Assembly: GCA_035193785.1 (NCBI GenBank)
Contig: CP136572.1
Coordinates: 2,420,578 to 2,484,577, forward strand
Origin: Planktothrix sp. GU0601_MAG3
Lineage (GTDB): Bacteria > Cyanobacteriota > Cyanobacteriia > Cyanobacteriales > Microcoleaceae
Direction: 5' to 3'
Length of the DNA stretch: 64,000 nucleotides
Part shown: piece by piece, positions 1 through 10,190 of the stretch
How positions within the stretch are numbered: position 1 is the first letter of the stretch
How the letters are laid out: every line of letters starts with the position of its first letter
Notes under the pieces: generated by a model
What the model was told of the DNA's origin: nothing
Databases searched by the model: none
Seen by the model: only the letters and a program-made list of their open reading frames with translations
Program-made: the position numbers and the translations under genes

Positions 1-7
1 TGTTGAA

Positions 8-517
8 ATGCCTAATCCAATGGGTAAACATTCAGCGATCGCTGGTTTTTTGACTATTGAGTTAGGTTTAGAAATCAGACGACTACAACTTCCTTACATG
101 ATTCCCAAAGAATGTACAATTAAATTTAGCGATAACTCTGGCTACAATCCCGATCTGATTATATTAGATAGACAAGCAGCAGTAGCTAATGAGTCCCGAT
201 GGGAAAAAGCATCGGTAATTACTCAAGGAGATTCTATTAAGTTAGTGATTGAAGTTGTCAGCACAAACTGGCGCGATGATTACGCACACAAAATGATTGA
301 TTATGAAGCATTAGGCATTGCCGAATATTGGATTGTGGATTATTTAGGGTTAGGAGGTAGCCGTTATATTGGTTCTCCCAAACAGCCAACTTTATCGGTT
401 TATAACTTGATTGATGGTGAGTATCAAATTCAGCTATTTCGAGAAAATGAAAGAGTTGAATCAGTAGTTTTTCCAGAATTGAATGTGACCGCCGGGCAGA
501 TTTTTAATGGCGAGTAA
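8..517 (+). CDS. Uma2/DUF820 family putative endonuclease (probably 5'-truncated by the window edge)
   Basis: PDLIIL...LVIEVVS...DY..K..DY..LGI.EYWIVD motifs typical of cyanobacterial Uma2 proteins. Confidence 0.85.
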   Translation: MPNPMGKHSAIAGFLTIELGLEIRRLQLPYMIPKECTIKFSDNSGYNPDLIILDRQAAVANESRWEKASVITQGDSIKLVIEVVSTNWRDDYAHKMIDYEALGIAEYWIVDYLGLGGSRYIGSPKQPTLSVYNLIDGEYQIQLFRENERVESVVFPELNVTAGQIFNGE

Positions 518-534
518 GTATTCACAATTCTGCT

Positions 535-2098
535 TCAATCATCCTCTAGTTTCAGTAATTGTTGATCAAGGAGTTGGATACGCTTTTGGGCAACGGTTTC
601 TGATAAAATTCGTTTCCGCATTGCGTCGTTAAGAACGCCTTTTTCCGCCAAGAGTAAACGCCGACGAATCGCGTCTAATTTACTAATATAATCTCCCTTA
701 GACTGTTCAAAATCTACCGGACGCCGATTATAAAATTCTCGCAAAGACTTTTCGGCCCCGGCTATTTTTACCTGATAAGTAGAACGCATTTCTTCATAGA
801 CCGATTTCGGTAAGATTCCAGACTTTAATAAACTATCCAATTCGTCCTGGGCGGCTTTAGCGGTAATTAATTCCGCTTGCCATTCTTCCACCCGTTGCTG
901 TGTCAAGGAAACCGTTGATAAATTCAATTGTTTAACTACCCAAGGTAAACTTAAACCTTGCCCAACTAAGGAAACTAAAACACTACCAAAAACCAAGGTA
1001 ATTAAAATATCTCGTCCCGGAAGGGTGGTCGGTAAACTTAAAGCCAAAGCCATGGATAGGGAGCCCTTAATATTCCCAAAAAATAACAAATGTTGCCAAC
1101 GCAGGGGAATTACCCGGTCAAACCGACTCGCCAACGCTAACAGGGGATAAACCGTTAAACCCCGGGCGACTTGGTACGCCAAAACCGCTAACAACACCGC
1201 AGGTAAGGTTTGCCAGAAGGTTACTAGGTCAATTTCTACCCCAATTAATAGAAAAATAAAGGTATTAACGGTAAAACCCGCATATTCCCAGAAACTCAAC
1301 AGGGTAATTCGACTGGAGGCTGTGGTTTGGCGGGACAGTCCCAGATTTCCAAAAATTAATCCCGCCACCACCACCGCCACTGCACCGGATACCCCCAGTA
1401 ACTCCCCGACCTGAAAGGTTCCCAACGCCACAGCCACGGTCAGTAATAGACTATTGAGGGGGTCATCTAAGCGGGCAAAGATGGGGATAGTTAGGTAGCC
1501 TAGGACTAACCCCACCAGACTTCCACCAATGGAGGAAAAAACCAGTTGTTGGAAGCTCTCCAGGACAGTGAGGGAACCTGTAGCATAAAATTGTGCCATC
1601 AGATGAAAGCACACCAGGGCCGCCGCATCGTTAAACAGGGTTTCCCCCTCGACAATGGTAGAAAGTCGGGAGGGGACGGGAATTTCCTTAAAAACGGCAA
1701 TCATGGAAACCGTATCGGTATTGGCCAACATCACGCCCATAAAGAAGGCGGATATCCAATCGAGTCCTAGGCCAAATTTTAATAAAACCGCAATAATTCC
1801 ACCGGAAACAAATCGCCCCGGGGCCGGCTAACAGGGCAATCGGTTTAAAGGTGCTGCGCAGACGACTAACATCGGTATTAATCCCGGCCTCAAAGATGAG
1901 AATGGGTAAAAATAGATTCAACACTAAAACCGGGTCTAAACCCACGGATTGAGAGAGAAATTCCGAGAAGGGCAAACCGGCCAGCACTAAACCTGTAACG
2001 TAGGGAATCCCGATCTTGCGGGAGAATAGGGCCACACCCGTCGAAACCAGTAGGAGAATAATTGAAATTCTGACTAATTCGGTAACATCCACTCTCAA
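535..2098 (-). CDS. CPA1 family Na+/H+ antiporter; one gene split by a +1 indel near 1805-1809
   Basis: LFLPILIFEAG, TDTVS and IVEGETLFNDA motifs in two overlapping ORFs; removing one base joins them (1563 nt, 521 codons). Confidence 0.85.
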
Positions 2099-2178
2099 TC
2101 CTGCTGAATAATAAGTCTTTAAATATTAACAATTAACCTTGCCAGACGGTAAGATGAATGTCAACCCAAAATTAAGGC

Positions 2179-2871
2179 TTGGCTATGTATGTTCTGATCG
2201 GTGGTGGGGGATTAGTGGGGTTAAGTTTAGCCCAAAAATTGTTAGAACTTGGGCATACGGTGGCAGTTATTGATATTGATCCCACTAGCTGTCGTTATGC
2301 CCGGGAAAAAATTGGGGCCATGGCCTTTGAAGGCAGTGCGGTGAGTACGGATGTATTATTGGAAGCCGGAATTCGGAAGGCGAATTCCTTGGCGGCGATG
2401 CTCAGAAGTGATGCCCTGAATTTGGCCATGGTCACCCTGGCGAAACATTACGGAGTTCCCCATATTTTAAGCCGGATGCGCCACCCCGATTTTGCCGAAC
2501 CGTTGCGTTTGTCGGGGGCGAATCATATTGTGAGTACCGTGGAATTAGGGGTATCTACGATGGTCAATGCCATTGAGTATCCGCAAGTGGAATCTATGAT
2601 GCACTTTGAGCAGGGACAAATTGAGGTGCTCAAGCTGCCCATTCCCGAGCGTTGTCGTGTGGCGGGTCGGAGTGTGGCGGCAATTGCCCAGGATGCAAGG
2701 TTTCCCGAAAGTTCTCTAATTGTCGGTTATCAACCCCACCCCCACGATGATTTGATGATTCCCAATGGGAGTACGGTTTTAGAACCTGGGTCTACTGTGT
2801 TAATTGTCACTAAACCGGGATCGTTACATCAAATGATTGATTTTATCGGTGTGTCTCAATCAATTTCTTAA
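2179..2871 (+). CDS. trkA: TrkA/KtrA family potassium uptake NAD-binding protein (TrkA_N + TrkA_C)
   Basis: N-terminal GGGLVG Rossmann motif; C-terminal IPNGSTVLEPG RCK_C domain. Confidence 0.8.
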   Translation: MAMYVLIGGGGLVGLSLAQKLLELGHTVAVIDIDPTSCRYAREKIGAMAFEGSAVSTDVLLEAGIRKANSLAAMLRSDALNLAMVTLAKHYGVPHILSRMRHPDFAEPLRLSGANHIVSTVELGVSTMVNAIEYPQVESMMHFEQGQIEVLKLPIPERCRVAGRSVAAIAQDARFPESSLIVGYQPHPHDDLMIPNGSTVLEPGSTVLIVTKPGSLHQMIDFIGVSQSIS

Positions 2872-3548
2872 CTTTTTGATTCTTTTTGCATTAATCTTTG
2901 TTTCAAGGGTTCAGGATCACCTCGACCTACCACCTGACCATTTTCTAATAAAAATGCCCCATCACTATAGTCTAATTCCTCTAAACGGTGTGTCACCCAT
3001 AGGGCGGTGATGCCTCGGGTTTTTACTAACCGTTGGACTTCAATCACTAAATCATTTTGACTATCGGGATCTAATAATGCCGTTGGTTCATCTAATAATA
3101 ATACTTGGCAATGTCGGGCTAAGGCTCCGGCGATCGCAATTCTTTGTTTTTGCCCCCCACTTAAGGCATAAATCGGACGCCGTTGTAAATCCAATAATTT
3201 CACCGCCGTTAAGGCGTCTTCTACCCGTTGTTTCACTTCAACCCAGGGTAACTTATCCTCCACTAATCCAAAGGCGACATCCGCCCCCACCGTTGGCATA
3301 ACTAACTGATGATCGGGATTTTGAAATACAAACCCCACCCGTCCTTGGAGTTGGATTTCCCCCGATTTCGACTCTAATAACCCCGCTAATAATCTCAATA
3401 AGGTGGATTTTCCACTGCCATTAGTTCCTAAAAGCATCCAAAACTCACCTTGAGGAACATCTAGGGAACAGGATTTTAAGACCTGCGCCCCGCTTGGCCA
3501 ACTAAAGCATAGTTCTTTTACCCGTATCGCTGGACTTGAAGATTCCAT
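2868..3548 (-). CDS. ECF/CbiO-type ABC transporter ATP-binding protein
   Basis: GTNGSGKST Walker A, VFQNPDHQ Q-loop, LSGGQKQR signature, LLLDEPT. Confidence 0.85.
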   Translation of the reverse strand: MESSSPAIRVKELCFSWPSGAQVLKSCSLDVPQGEFWMLLGTNGSGKSTLLRLLAGLLESKSGEIQLQGRVGFVFQNPDHQLVMPTVGADVAFGLVEDKLPWVEVKQRVEDALTAVKLLDLQRRPIYALSGGQKQRIAIAGALARHCQVLLLDEPTALLDPDSQNDLVIEVQRLVKTRGITALWVTHRLEELDYSDGAFLLENGQVVGRGDPEPLKQRLMQKESKS

Positions 3549-3565
3549 GCTCGTTGTTGTTCCCT

Positions 3566-3835
3566 CTATTCTGCCTTTGCACCCACAAAACCCGGAGGTC
3601 TTCCCGCGGCATTTCCTCCGGTTTTATCGGAAATTTGTACCGCAGAAATCTCACTACTGAGAATTGCCAGTTTTTTATCTGTGATTTTATCACAAGTAAA
3701 TTCTAAGACCTGGGCATTCCCTCCCCGCAGTGCCTCTAAAATCTGATTGTAAGCCCCTTGGGCATCCTCAGCAGATTTTTTTTGAATTGATAAAGGGGTG
3801 GGAGTGTATTTAACAATAATGTCTACGGTGAACAT
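3566..3835 (-). CDS. Small conserved cyanobacterial protein (UPF0367-like)
   Basis: 89 aa; resembles the cyanobacterial UPF0367 family from memory; apparently co-transcribed with the ABC ATPase. Confidence 0.6.
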   Translation of the reverse strand: MFTVDIIVKYTPTPLSIQKKSAEDAQGAYNQILEALRGGNAQVLEFTCDKITDKKLAILSSEISAVQISDKTGGNAAGRPPGFVGAKAE

Positions 3836-3886
3836 AGGATCTCAAAAACCGTTAATAATTTCAATTTCTTACTATATCGTTTTCAG

Positions 3887-4255
3887 CTAACCCTGAACGG
3901 CATATTGTTGTAACTGATTCAGAGAAACTACTTCCAACGCCCTAGCATGGGTTGATTCTAACACCACCGGGGGCGCGACTCCCGCATCCAGGGCTTCTTG
4001 CCAACGGGAGGCACACAAACACCACCGATCCCCCGATTTTAACCCCGGAAACCCAAAAGCACCGGAGGGGGTGCTCAGGTCGTTTCCTTGGGCTTTTGTA
4101 TATTCCAAAAATTCCGGGGTCACTTGGGCACAAATCACATGAACGCCAAAATCCTGTCCCCCAGTATAACAAAACCCATCCCGATAAAATCCGGTCATTG
4201 GATCGGAGCAACACATTTCCAGTTTTCCGCCTAAAACATTTCTGGCTTCTTGCAT
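3887..4255 (-). CDS. DUF2237 family protein
   Basis: NVLG..L..C..DPMTGFYRDG.C and GDRWCLCA.RW motifs. Confidence 0.85.
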   Translation of the reverse strand: MQEARNVLGGKLEMCCSDPMTGFYRDGFCYTGGQDFGVHVICAQVTPEFLEYTKAQGNDLSTPSGAFGFPGLKSGDRWCLCASRWQEALDAGVAPPVVLESTHARALEVVSLNQLQQYAVQG

Positions 4256-4335
4256 TATTTTTCTCTCAACTTTAATTAATTCTACCTTAAATCATAAGCC
4301 GTTGTTGCGCTTAAGCGCATCTTAACCGCATCCCC

Positions 4336-5523
4336 TTACAACCCCAACAAAATTTCCGCCAAATATTCATATTGAGATAAACTATTATAAATTTGAGCCG
4401 AAATTCTCATTAAAGGTTTCGTTTGATCTTCCCAGGGCATAATTGGCACTTCAATTTGATAGTCTTCCCAAAGTTTTTGATTCAAATCAGAATAATTTTG
4501 CCATCTTTCCCCTAAAGGTAAAACTGCCATTGAACCGATCATATCATCAGGACAGGGTGAAATTATTCCTATTTTTTCTGATAATAATTTTCGAGCATTT
4601 ACCACTAAGTTATGATTGGTTTTGATTAATTCTGACCAACCTCCGGGTAATAGAGAACCCATAAATTTAATGGCTTCGGGAATAGATAAATAAGTGCTGG
4701 GGTCGGGGGTTCCTGTCCAGTCAAATTCCAATAAAAATCGAGAGCGATCGCTTCTGGTTGAATTAGCTCCATGACTAATTGTAACCGGACGAATTAATGA
4801 TTGTTTATTCTGTTGTACCGATAAAAATGCGGCTCCCTTGGGTGCAGATAACCATTTATGACAATTTCCAGTATAGTAAGTTGCCCCAATTTCCTGTAAA
4901 TTTAGCTCTAACATTCCGGGTGCGTGGGCACCATCAACTAAAGTATCTATTCCTAAATTAGTTAATTTTTTAATAATTTCTTGAATTGGAAAAATTAACC
5001 CGGTTTGGCTAGTAATATGATCGATTAATACTAATTTTGTTCGAGGAGAGACTTTTTCCATAATCGCATCAATAATTTGTTCAGATGAAGCCACAGGAAA
5101 AGGAATATCTGCTATAATAATTTTAGCTCCTGTGCGACTAGCAACAAAATCTAATACATTTCGACAGGCATTATATTCATGATTGGTTGTCAGTAATTCA
5201 TCTTGTTCCGAGAAAATTAGCGATCGCAAAACCGTATTTACCCCCGTTGTCGCATTGGGAACAAATACTAACTCCTCGGGATTTGCCCCGACAAAATTAG
5301 CTAATTCAACCCTAGCATTATCTAGTAAAATTTCATATTTTCTGGCATAAAAATGACAAGGTTGTTGTTCAAGTTGTTGGCGAAATTGAGATTGAGCATC
5401 TAACACCGGAATTGGACAAGCACCAAAAGCACCATGATTCAGAAAAGTGATTTCTGGATCAAATAACCAATATCGAGAAAAGGGAGAATATTCAGGTTTA
5501 GTCTGTAAAATAGCGTCTTTCAT
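4336..5523 (-). CDS. Class V PLP-dependent aminotransferase (isopenicillin-N epimerase/cysteine lyase-like)
   Basis: FLNHGAFG, VDGAH and GNCHKW (PLP lysine) motifs. Confidence 0.85.
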   Translation of the reverse strand: MKDAILQTKPEYSPFSRYWLFDPEITFLNHGAFGACPIPVLDAQSQFRQQLEQQPCHFYARKYEILLDNARVELANFVGANPEELVFVPNATTGVNTVLRSLIFSEQDELLTTNHEYNACRNVLDFVASRTGAKIIIADIPFPVASSEQIIDAIMEKVSPRTKLVLIDHITSQTGLIFPIQEIIKKLTNLGIDTLVDGAHAPGMLELNLQEIGATYYTGNCHKWLSAPKGAAFLSVQQNKQSLIRPVTISHGANSTRSDRSRFLLEFDWTGTPDPSTYLSIPEAIKFMGSLLPGGWSELIKTNHNLVVNARKLLSEKIGIISPCPDDMIGSMAVLPLGERWQNYSDLNQKLWEDYQIEVPIMPWEDQTKPLMRISAQIYNSLSQYEYLAEILLGL

Positions 5524-5664
5524 GTTTGATTAAATTAACAACTATTTGATCCTAAACCAATTCTGAACTTAAAAAAACCTATTTTTTTGAGACAATTTTT
5601 CCCAAGTCCAGTACATTAGAAATACCGTATCAATCCCAAAGGTTTATGATCCTAGCCAGCTTTT

Positions 5665-6765
5665 TTGGGTTTCTGGCGACATCTAAAATCGGTGAAGTGG
5701 CGACCTTGTGCTGTTCATACCCATTTTGTTAGACTAATTGATCGCAGTGCTAATCTAGTGGCGGATCAATTAATTGTCCTGTTTCCTATCCTAATTAAAC
5801 AGATTAAAAGAACTCAGCGGCGGATGATTCGTTTCTGCCGTTTTTTTCTATATTTGAATCCCAAAACCTTTAAAAAACTGATTCAGGCGACCATAGAACA
5901 ACGTCTACCGGGTTTTGCTGCGGAAATGGCTTATCATGCTACCTTAGCATTATTTCCGGCGGTATTAGCCCTATTAATAGCTTTAAGTTCCTTTGAATTA
6001 TTGCAAATGGAACTCTATCAAATGGCAACCTTACTGAGTCAAATTGTCCCAGAAGATGTCCAGAATTTAATAGGAAATGGAATTGATCATTTATCTCTAA
6101 CGCCGAGTTCAGGTTTACTGTCCGTCAGTTTTATTGCCTCTTTGTGGATTTTTTCCGGTGTAATTGGTGCTGCGATGACCGCCTTAAATCATATTCATGG
6201 AGTGGAAAAGACTCATATTAGACCGTTTTGGAAAAATAAATTACTTGCCCTATCCCTAGCATTCGGAACAATATTATTATTAATTTTAGCATCGGCATCA
6301 GTATTAGTGAGTGACATAATTGTGGGAGGAATTGCCCGTCAAAGTTGTATGATTGAAACCATCGGAAACTGTGCCCTGGAGGATTTAGCCATTTGCATGA
6401 TTCAGCCACCAGTACAAAATTGTTTATTAGAATCAACCCTATTAGAAACCTGGCAAAAACTACGGTGGCCGATTACCTTGGGAATTGTTTCTACCAATTA
6501 TGCTTTTATTTATCGCTATGCTCCCAATTATCGAAAACACGGAACTCCCCTGATGCCCGGAGCAATTTTAGCCGCTGTATTTTGGGCGTTAGTGTCTAAT
6601 TTATTTCGTTTATATGTTTACTATTTTGGCAAATTTAATATTACCTACGGCACAATTGGTGCGTTTGTAGTTTTGTTACTCTGGCTGCAAATTAGTTCCT
6701 TAATTATGCTGGTAGGGGCTCAACTTAATGTAATTGTGGGAGATGAAATGAAAAGGAAAATCTAA
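5665..6765 (+). CDS. YihY/BrkB family inner membrane protein (start uncertain)
   Basis: AAEMAY...LALFP, YG.IGA..VLLLWL....LI.LVGAQLN motifs; multiple transmembrane segments. Confidence 0.8.
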   Translation: MGFWRHLKSVKWRPCAVHTHFVRLIDRSANLVADQLIVLFPILIKQIKRTQRRMIRFCRFFLYLNPKTFKKLIQATIEQRLPGFAAEMAYHATLALFPAVLALLIALSSFELLQMELYQMATLLSQIVPEDVQNLIGNGIDHLSLTPSSGLLSVSFIASLWIFSGVIGAAMTALNHIHGVEKTHIRPFWKNKLLALSLAFGTILLLILASASVLVSDIIVGGIARQSCMIETIGNCALEDLAICMIQPPVQNCLLESTLLETWQKLRWPITLGIVSTNYAFIYRYAPNYRKHGTPLMPGAILAAVFWALVSNLFRLYVYYFGKFNITYGTIGAFVVLLLWLQISSLIMLVGAQLNVIVGDEMKRKI

Positions 6766-6804
6766 GTGTTTAAATAGAATTAAGTCTCTGAGCAAAGTAC
6801 AAAC

Positions 6805-7236
6805 ATGAATATGCCACTATCTTTACAAACCATTGCTGAACAAGTTCAAGAATTACTGAAAGCTGAAACGGTCGTCGTCTCCCTGGCAGAATCCTCTGGT
6901 GAGCAAGTTTATCATGTAGCCGCCGTTGGCAAATATGCAGCAGATATTGTGGGAAAACGAGCAGATGCAGCCACATCGGGTTTGTGTGGAACCGCCTTTC
7001 AAGGTTCATGTCCCGTTTTAATTGCACAAACAAAAGGAGATCCTCGAGTTCGCCAAGATTATGTGCAAGCCTGGGGAATTGAAAGTGCTTTAGCGATACC
7101 CTTATTTTCCCAGGGTCAACTTTGGGGGGCTTTAATGGCTTTTAATCGTTTAGATGGTGAACGTTTTAATCAACAAGATCAGCAGAATTTAGTGGATTAT
7201 ACAACAGAGATTTCTGTTCCAATTCAAAGCACTTAA
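6805..7236 (+). CDS. Stand-alone GAF domain protein
   Basis: 143 aa; DPR...GIESALAIPL...LWGAL..FN....F...D GAF pattern. Confidence 0.75.
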   Translation: MNMPLSLQTIAEQVQELLKAETVVVSLAESSGEQVYHVAAVGKYAADIVGKRADAATSGLCGTAFQGSCPVLIAQTKGDPRVRQDYVQAWGIESALAIPLFSQGQLWGALMAFNRLDGERFNQQDQQNLVDYTTEISVPIQST

Positions 7237-7285
7237 TCGTCAGAATTGAAACGTCAAAATTAAAGATAATCATAAAAAGCAAAAT

Positions 7286-7341
7286 CCGCGACGTCACTCC
7301 TTGCTTGATCCATCAGGCATGAAGCGGGAGTTGGGGCGCGG
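7286..7341. terminator. GC-rich imperfect hairpin between convergent genes (possible terminator or IS-end relic)
   Basis: CCGCG..ACTCCTTGCTT-loop-AAGCGGGAGT..CGCGG inverted repeat. Confidence 0.35.
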
Positions 7342-7387
7342 TAGATACAAAAGCAGTTTTCAGGTCTGAAAATCACCAAAACTAGAA

Positions 7388-7585
7388 CTACGACATCCGT
7401 TTTTTGCCGAAGGCACGTCTTTGACGTTGATTAGCGATCGCCTTACGCTTACGCTTCTCTGGAGGGGTTTCAAAGTGACGATTTTTTCTAACATCCGCCA
7501 AAATACCGGCCTTAGAAACTTCCCTCTTAAAACGTCTTAATGCTGACTCTAGCTGTTCATTTTCACCCAGAATAACTTGGGTCAT
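7388..7585 (-). CDS. rpsU: 30S ribosomal protein S21
   Basis: [15 protein letters not shown].......HFETP.EKRKRK. Confidence 0.95.
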   Translation of the reverse strand: MTQVILGENEQLESALRRFKREVSKAGILADVRKNRHFETPPEKRKRKAIANQRQRRAFGKKRMS

Positions 7586-7710
7586 GTCCTCTCCTTGAAT
7601 GGTCTACAACAACATTTGAAAATCTTTTGTGAGATTATTCTCCTTCATGCAATATTACAACAATGGGTAATATTCAGTCCATGTTTTGACACTCCCACCC
7701 CTACGCTACG

Positions 7711-7746
7711 CTAAGGGGTGGGATTCTCGTATCTAGCCCAGTCAAA
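7711..7746 (-). CDS. tnpB: 3' exon of tnpB (FDWARYENPTP-stop)
   Basis: Joining 10191 to 7746 gives the in-frame sequence ...CAA CTA TCT CTG|TTT GAC TGG GCT AGA TAC GAG AAT CCC ACC CCT TAG. Confidence 0.8.
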   Translation of the reverse strand, partial: FDWARYENPTP

Positions 7747-10190
7747 GTTAGAGTCGATTAGGGAGTTACCCCCCTAACCTCTCCTTCAGAAACCGTGCGT
7801 GATACTTTCGCATCACACGGCTCCTTGATAATTCCATCCTTGTTATGGATACGATTCAAAACGGGTTGTTTTCATAATTCTCAACTATTGGTAATTGCTT
7901 ACTTTTAATTAAAGAACCATCATTAGCCGTTTTTGTGTCGTGACAATGCTTGTGTAGGAGTTGCCAGTTTTTATAGGTGTCTTTTCCACCTAATGTTGTT
8001 GGTGTTATATGGTCAACTTCTACCTTGTCTGTACTTGTAAAATACAGACCACAGTGAGGACAAATACCCTTCTGTTTCTTGATAAGTGTTGCCACTCTTT
8101 TAGGAGTTTCTGGATATTCGCCTCTACGCTTACTCCAATAAATCCAGTTACCATCAAACGGACTAACTTCACTTTTAACCTTTGTATGCTTTACGATTGG
8201 CATACTGCTATGGGTGAGTAATTCCGTTCCGTCTTCTGTACTGAAACACCAATTTCTGTCGCCTACTGTTCTCCAGTATTTATCTTTATTGATGTTCCCT
8301 TTTCCCCTCGTTTTTGCCCAAGCTCTTAACTTGTCGTAAGTTAGATGGTCAACCTTGTTAAAGGTTTCTTTACTAACAACTGTTGAGTAATAGTTTGACC
8401 AGCCTCTTATAATTGGATTCAGCTTACTAATTAAAGCAGCTTGTGGGGCGGTCTTATGGGCATCTATTACTTCAGCTATTTTGACAAGGTGGGTTTTGAT
8501 TTTGGCTTTTGAGGGTGTGATTAATGTACTAAAACCTAGCGGTGTTCCATTCGTGTTGTTGGCACATCGGTAGTTCCCTACTTTGTGTTGTTGGATATGG
8601 AACCCTAAAAACTCAAACCCGATATTTCCATCAATTTCATTGAGGGTGTGGGTTAATTTTGTTTTACTTGATTTCAATTCTAGTCCCATGTCGTTTAACC
8701 AATCTGCAATTATCTCTTGACACTTTTTGACTACGTTTAAATCCTTATGGATTATCACAAAATCATCAGCGTATCGGATTAGACTAAGGGATTCACAATT
8801 AACCCGTTTTTGCCCTTTAAGAGTTTCTGCATATTGCTTGACTCTATTTTCTATACCATGTAAGGCTATATTCGCAAGTAGGGGTGAAATCACCCCGCCT
8901 TGTGGTGTACCATCATTAGTAGGAAAAAGTTCTTTTCCGACACAGTACCCTGCTTTGAGCCATATTTTAATTTGACGGCTTAATGTGGGGTATGTGTGTA
9001 TTTTGGAGATTAACGCTTTATGGTTTATGCGGTCGAAGCATTTTGAGATATCAGCATCAAGTACATATTTGGATTTGTATCTAATACTGTTAAATATTGC
9101 TTCGATTGCATCGTGACATGAGCGTCCTGGTCTAAAACCATAACTGTTTGGCTCGAATTTAGCCTCCCATTCTGGTTCTAACGCTAATTTTACTAATGCT
9201 TGTAGTGCGCGGTCGTTTATTGTGGGTATTCCTAATGGACGGGTTTCAGTTGTACCAGGTTTAGGTATTTCAACTCTACGAGTTGGTTTGGCTTTATTGG
9301 TTAACTTTAGTCGTCCTACAAGGTTCATACGTTGCTTTGGAGTCAGAGATTTAACTCCGTCTACACCTGCCGTATTTTTACCTTGGTTATCTTGTGTTAC
9401 CCGACGAACAGCGATACATTTAGCTGACCAGGAATTAATCAGGGTCTTCTGAAGTTTGCGAACTGCTTTAACATCGCCTCGTGTACTCGCTTGAAATATT
9501 CGCTTTTGCAACTTAAAAGTTACCTTTTCTAGCTTGCGCCAGTTAAGGTCTTTCCATTCCACCGTCAGATTGTTCTGCGTTTTAGATTTATTCATTGCTA
9601 CTTGTTCTATTTCTTTGGAATTACCGAGCGTCTGTTAGCATATCCCTTGCATTACCAAGGGCATTCGCTTTTGACACCATCCCATCCCCATATATCATTC
9701 GTTAGCTACTTACTGGATTTTCGACCTTTTCCAGAGATATATAGGGATTACTTCGTTCCAATTACACATTTGTTTGAAGTCTTTAGCGTGATGCTTTCCA
9801 TCGGGTTTATTGGGCGGTGCTTATAAGTCGTTTCTCTAAAACGCCTATGCCCTATCCTTGCCTTTTGGCTTGGTGTTAGTCATTGTTGACTTAGCCATTA
9901 CACCATTTCAACTTACGATGGTTCAGACACATCTTTGCTTACGCTACGCATGGACTTCTTGCTCGATAGTTACCAGATTTGGCTACCAGTAGTTCTACCT
10001 TTTAACCCCGCTTTAGCCTGTTGGTTGCTATCCAATCAAACTAGGGGTTATGCTTTCACCTCAGCACTTGGGGGGTAGGACTTGTCGTACAACGACTCAC
10101 CCACAAATGTAATCAGTTATCACCAGTTTCAACAACTGGGTTAACCGTCCCATAAGCTTTTCAGCTTATTTTAGGTTAAACGAATCGCAC
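7747..10190 (-). mobile_element. Group II intron (2444 nt, probably chloroplast-like class)
   Basis: 5' end GTGCGATTCG at 10190; domain V GAGCCGTGTGATGCGAAAGTATCACGCACGGTT(T)C and a domain VI hairpin ending CTCTAAC at 7747; internal RT ORF; EBS1 at 9833-9838 and EBS2 at 9907-9913. Confidence 0.93.
7856..9595 (-). CDS. ltrA: Group II intron-encoded reverse transcriptase/maturase with HNH endonuclease domain
   Basis: GKNTAGVDG, RPLGIPT..DR..Q, SYGFRPGRS, GTPQGGVISPLLANI, RYADD, domain X (LNPIIRGWSNYY), C-terminal CPHC..DHI..LH..CH HNH domain. Confidence 0.96.
   Translation of the reverse strand: MNKSKTQNNLTVEWKDLNWRKLEKVTFKLQKRIFQASTRGDVKAVRKLQKTLINSWSAKCIAVRRVTQDNQGKNTAGVDGVKSLTPKQRMNLVGRLKLTNKAKPTRRVEIPKPGTTETRPLGIPTINDRALQALVKLALEPEWEAKFEPNSYGFRPGRSCHDAIEAIFNSIRYKSKYVLDADISKCFDRINHKALISKIHTYPTLSRQIKIWLKAGYCVGKELFPTNDGTPQGGVISPLLANIALHGIENRVKQYAETLKGQKRVNCESLSLIRYADDFVIIHKDLNVVKKCQEIIADWLNDMGLELKSSKTKLTHTLNEIDGNIGFEFLGFHIQQHKVGNYRCANNTNGTPLGFSTLITPSKAKIKTHLVKIAEVIDAHKTAPQAALISKLNPIIRGWSNYYSTVVSKETFNKVDHLTYDKLRAWAKTRGKGNINKDKYWRTVGDRNWCFSTEDGTELLTHSSMPIVKHTKVKSEVSPFDGNWIYWSKRRGEYPETPKRVATLIKKQKGICPHCGLYFTSTDKVEVDHITPTTLGGKDTYKNWQLLHKHCHDTKTANDGSLIKSKQLPIVENYENNPF

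Noticed and set aside
7856..9595. RT as a retron, DGR or CRISPR-associated RT
   Set aside because: It has domain X and HNH and is enclosed by clear group II intron ends with domains V and VI
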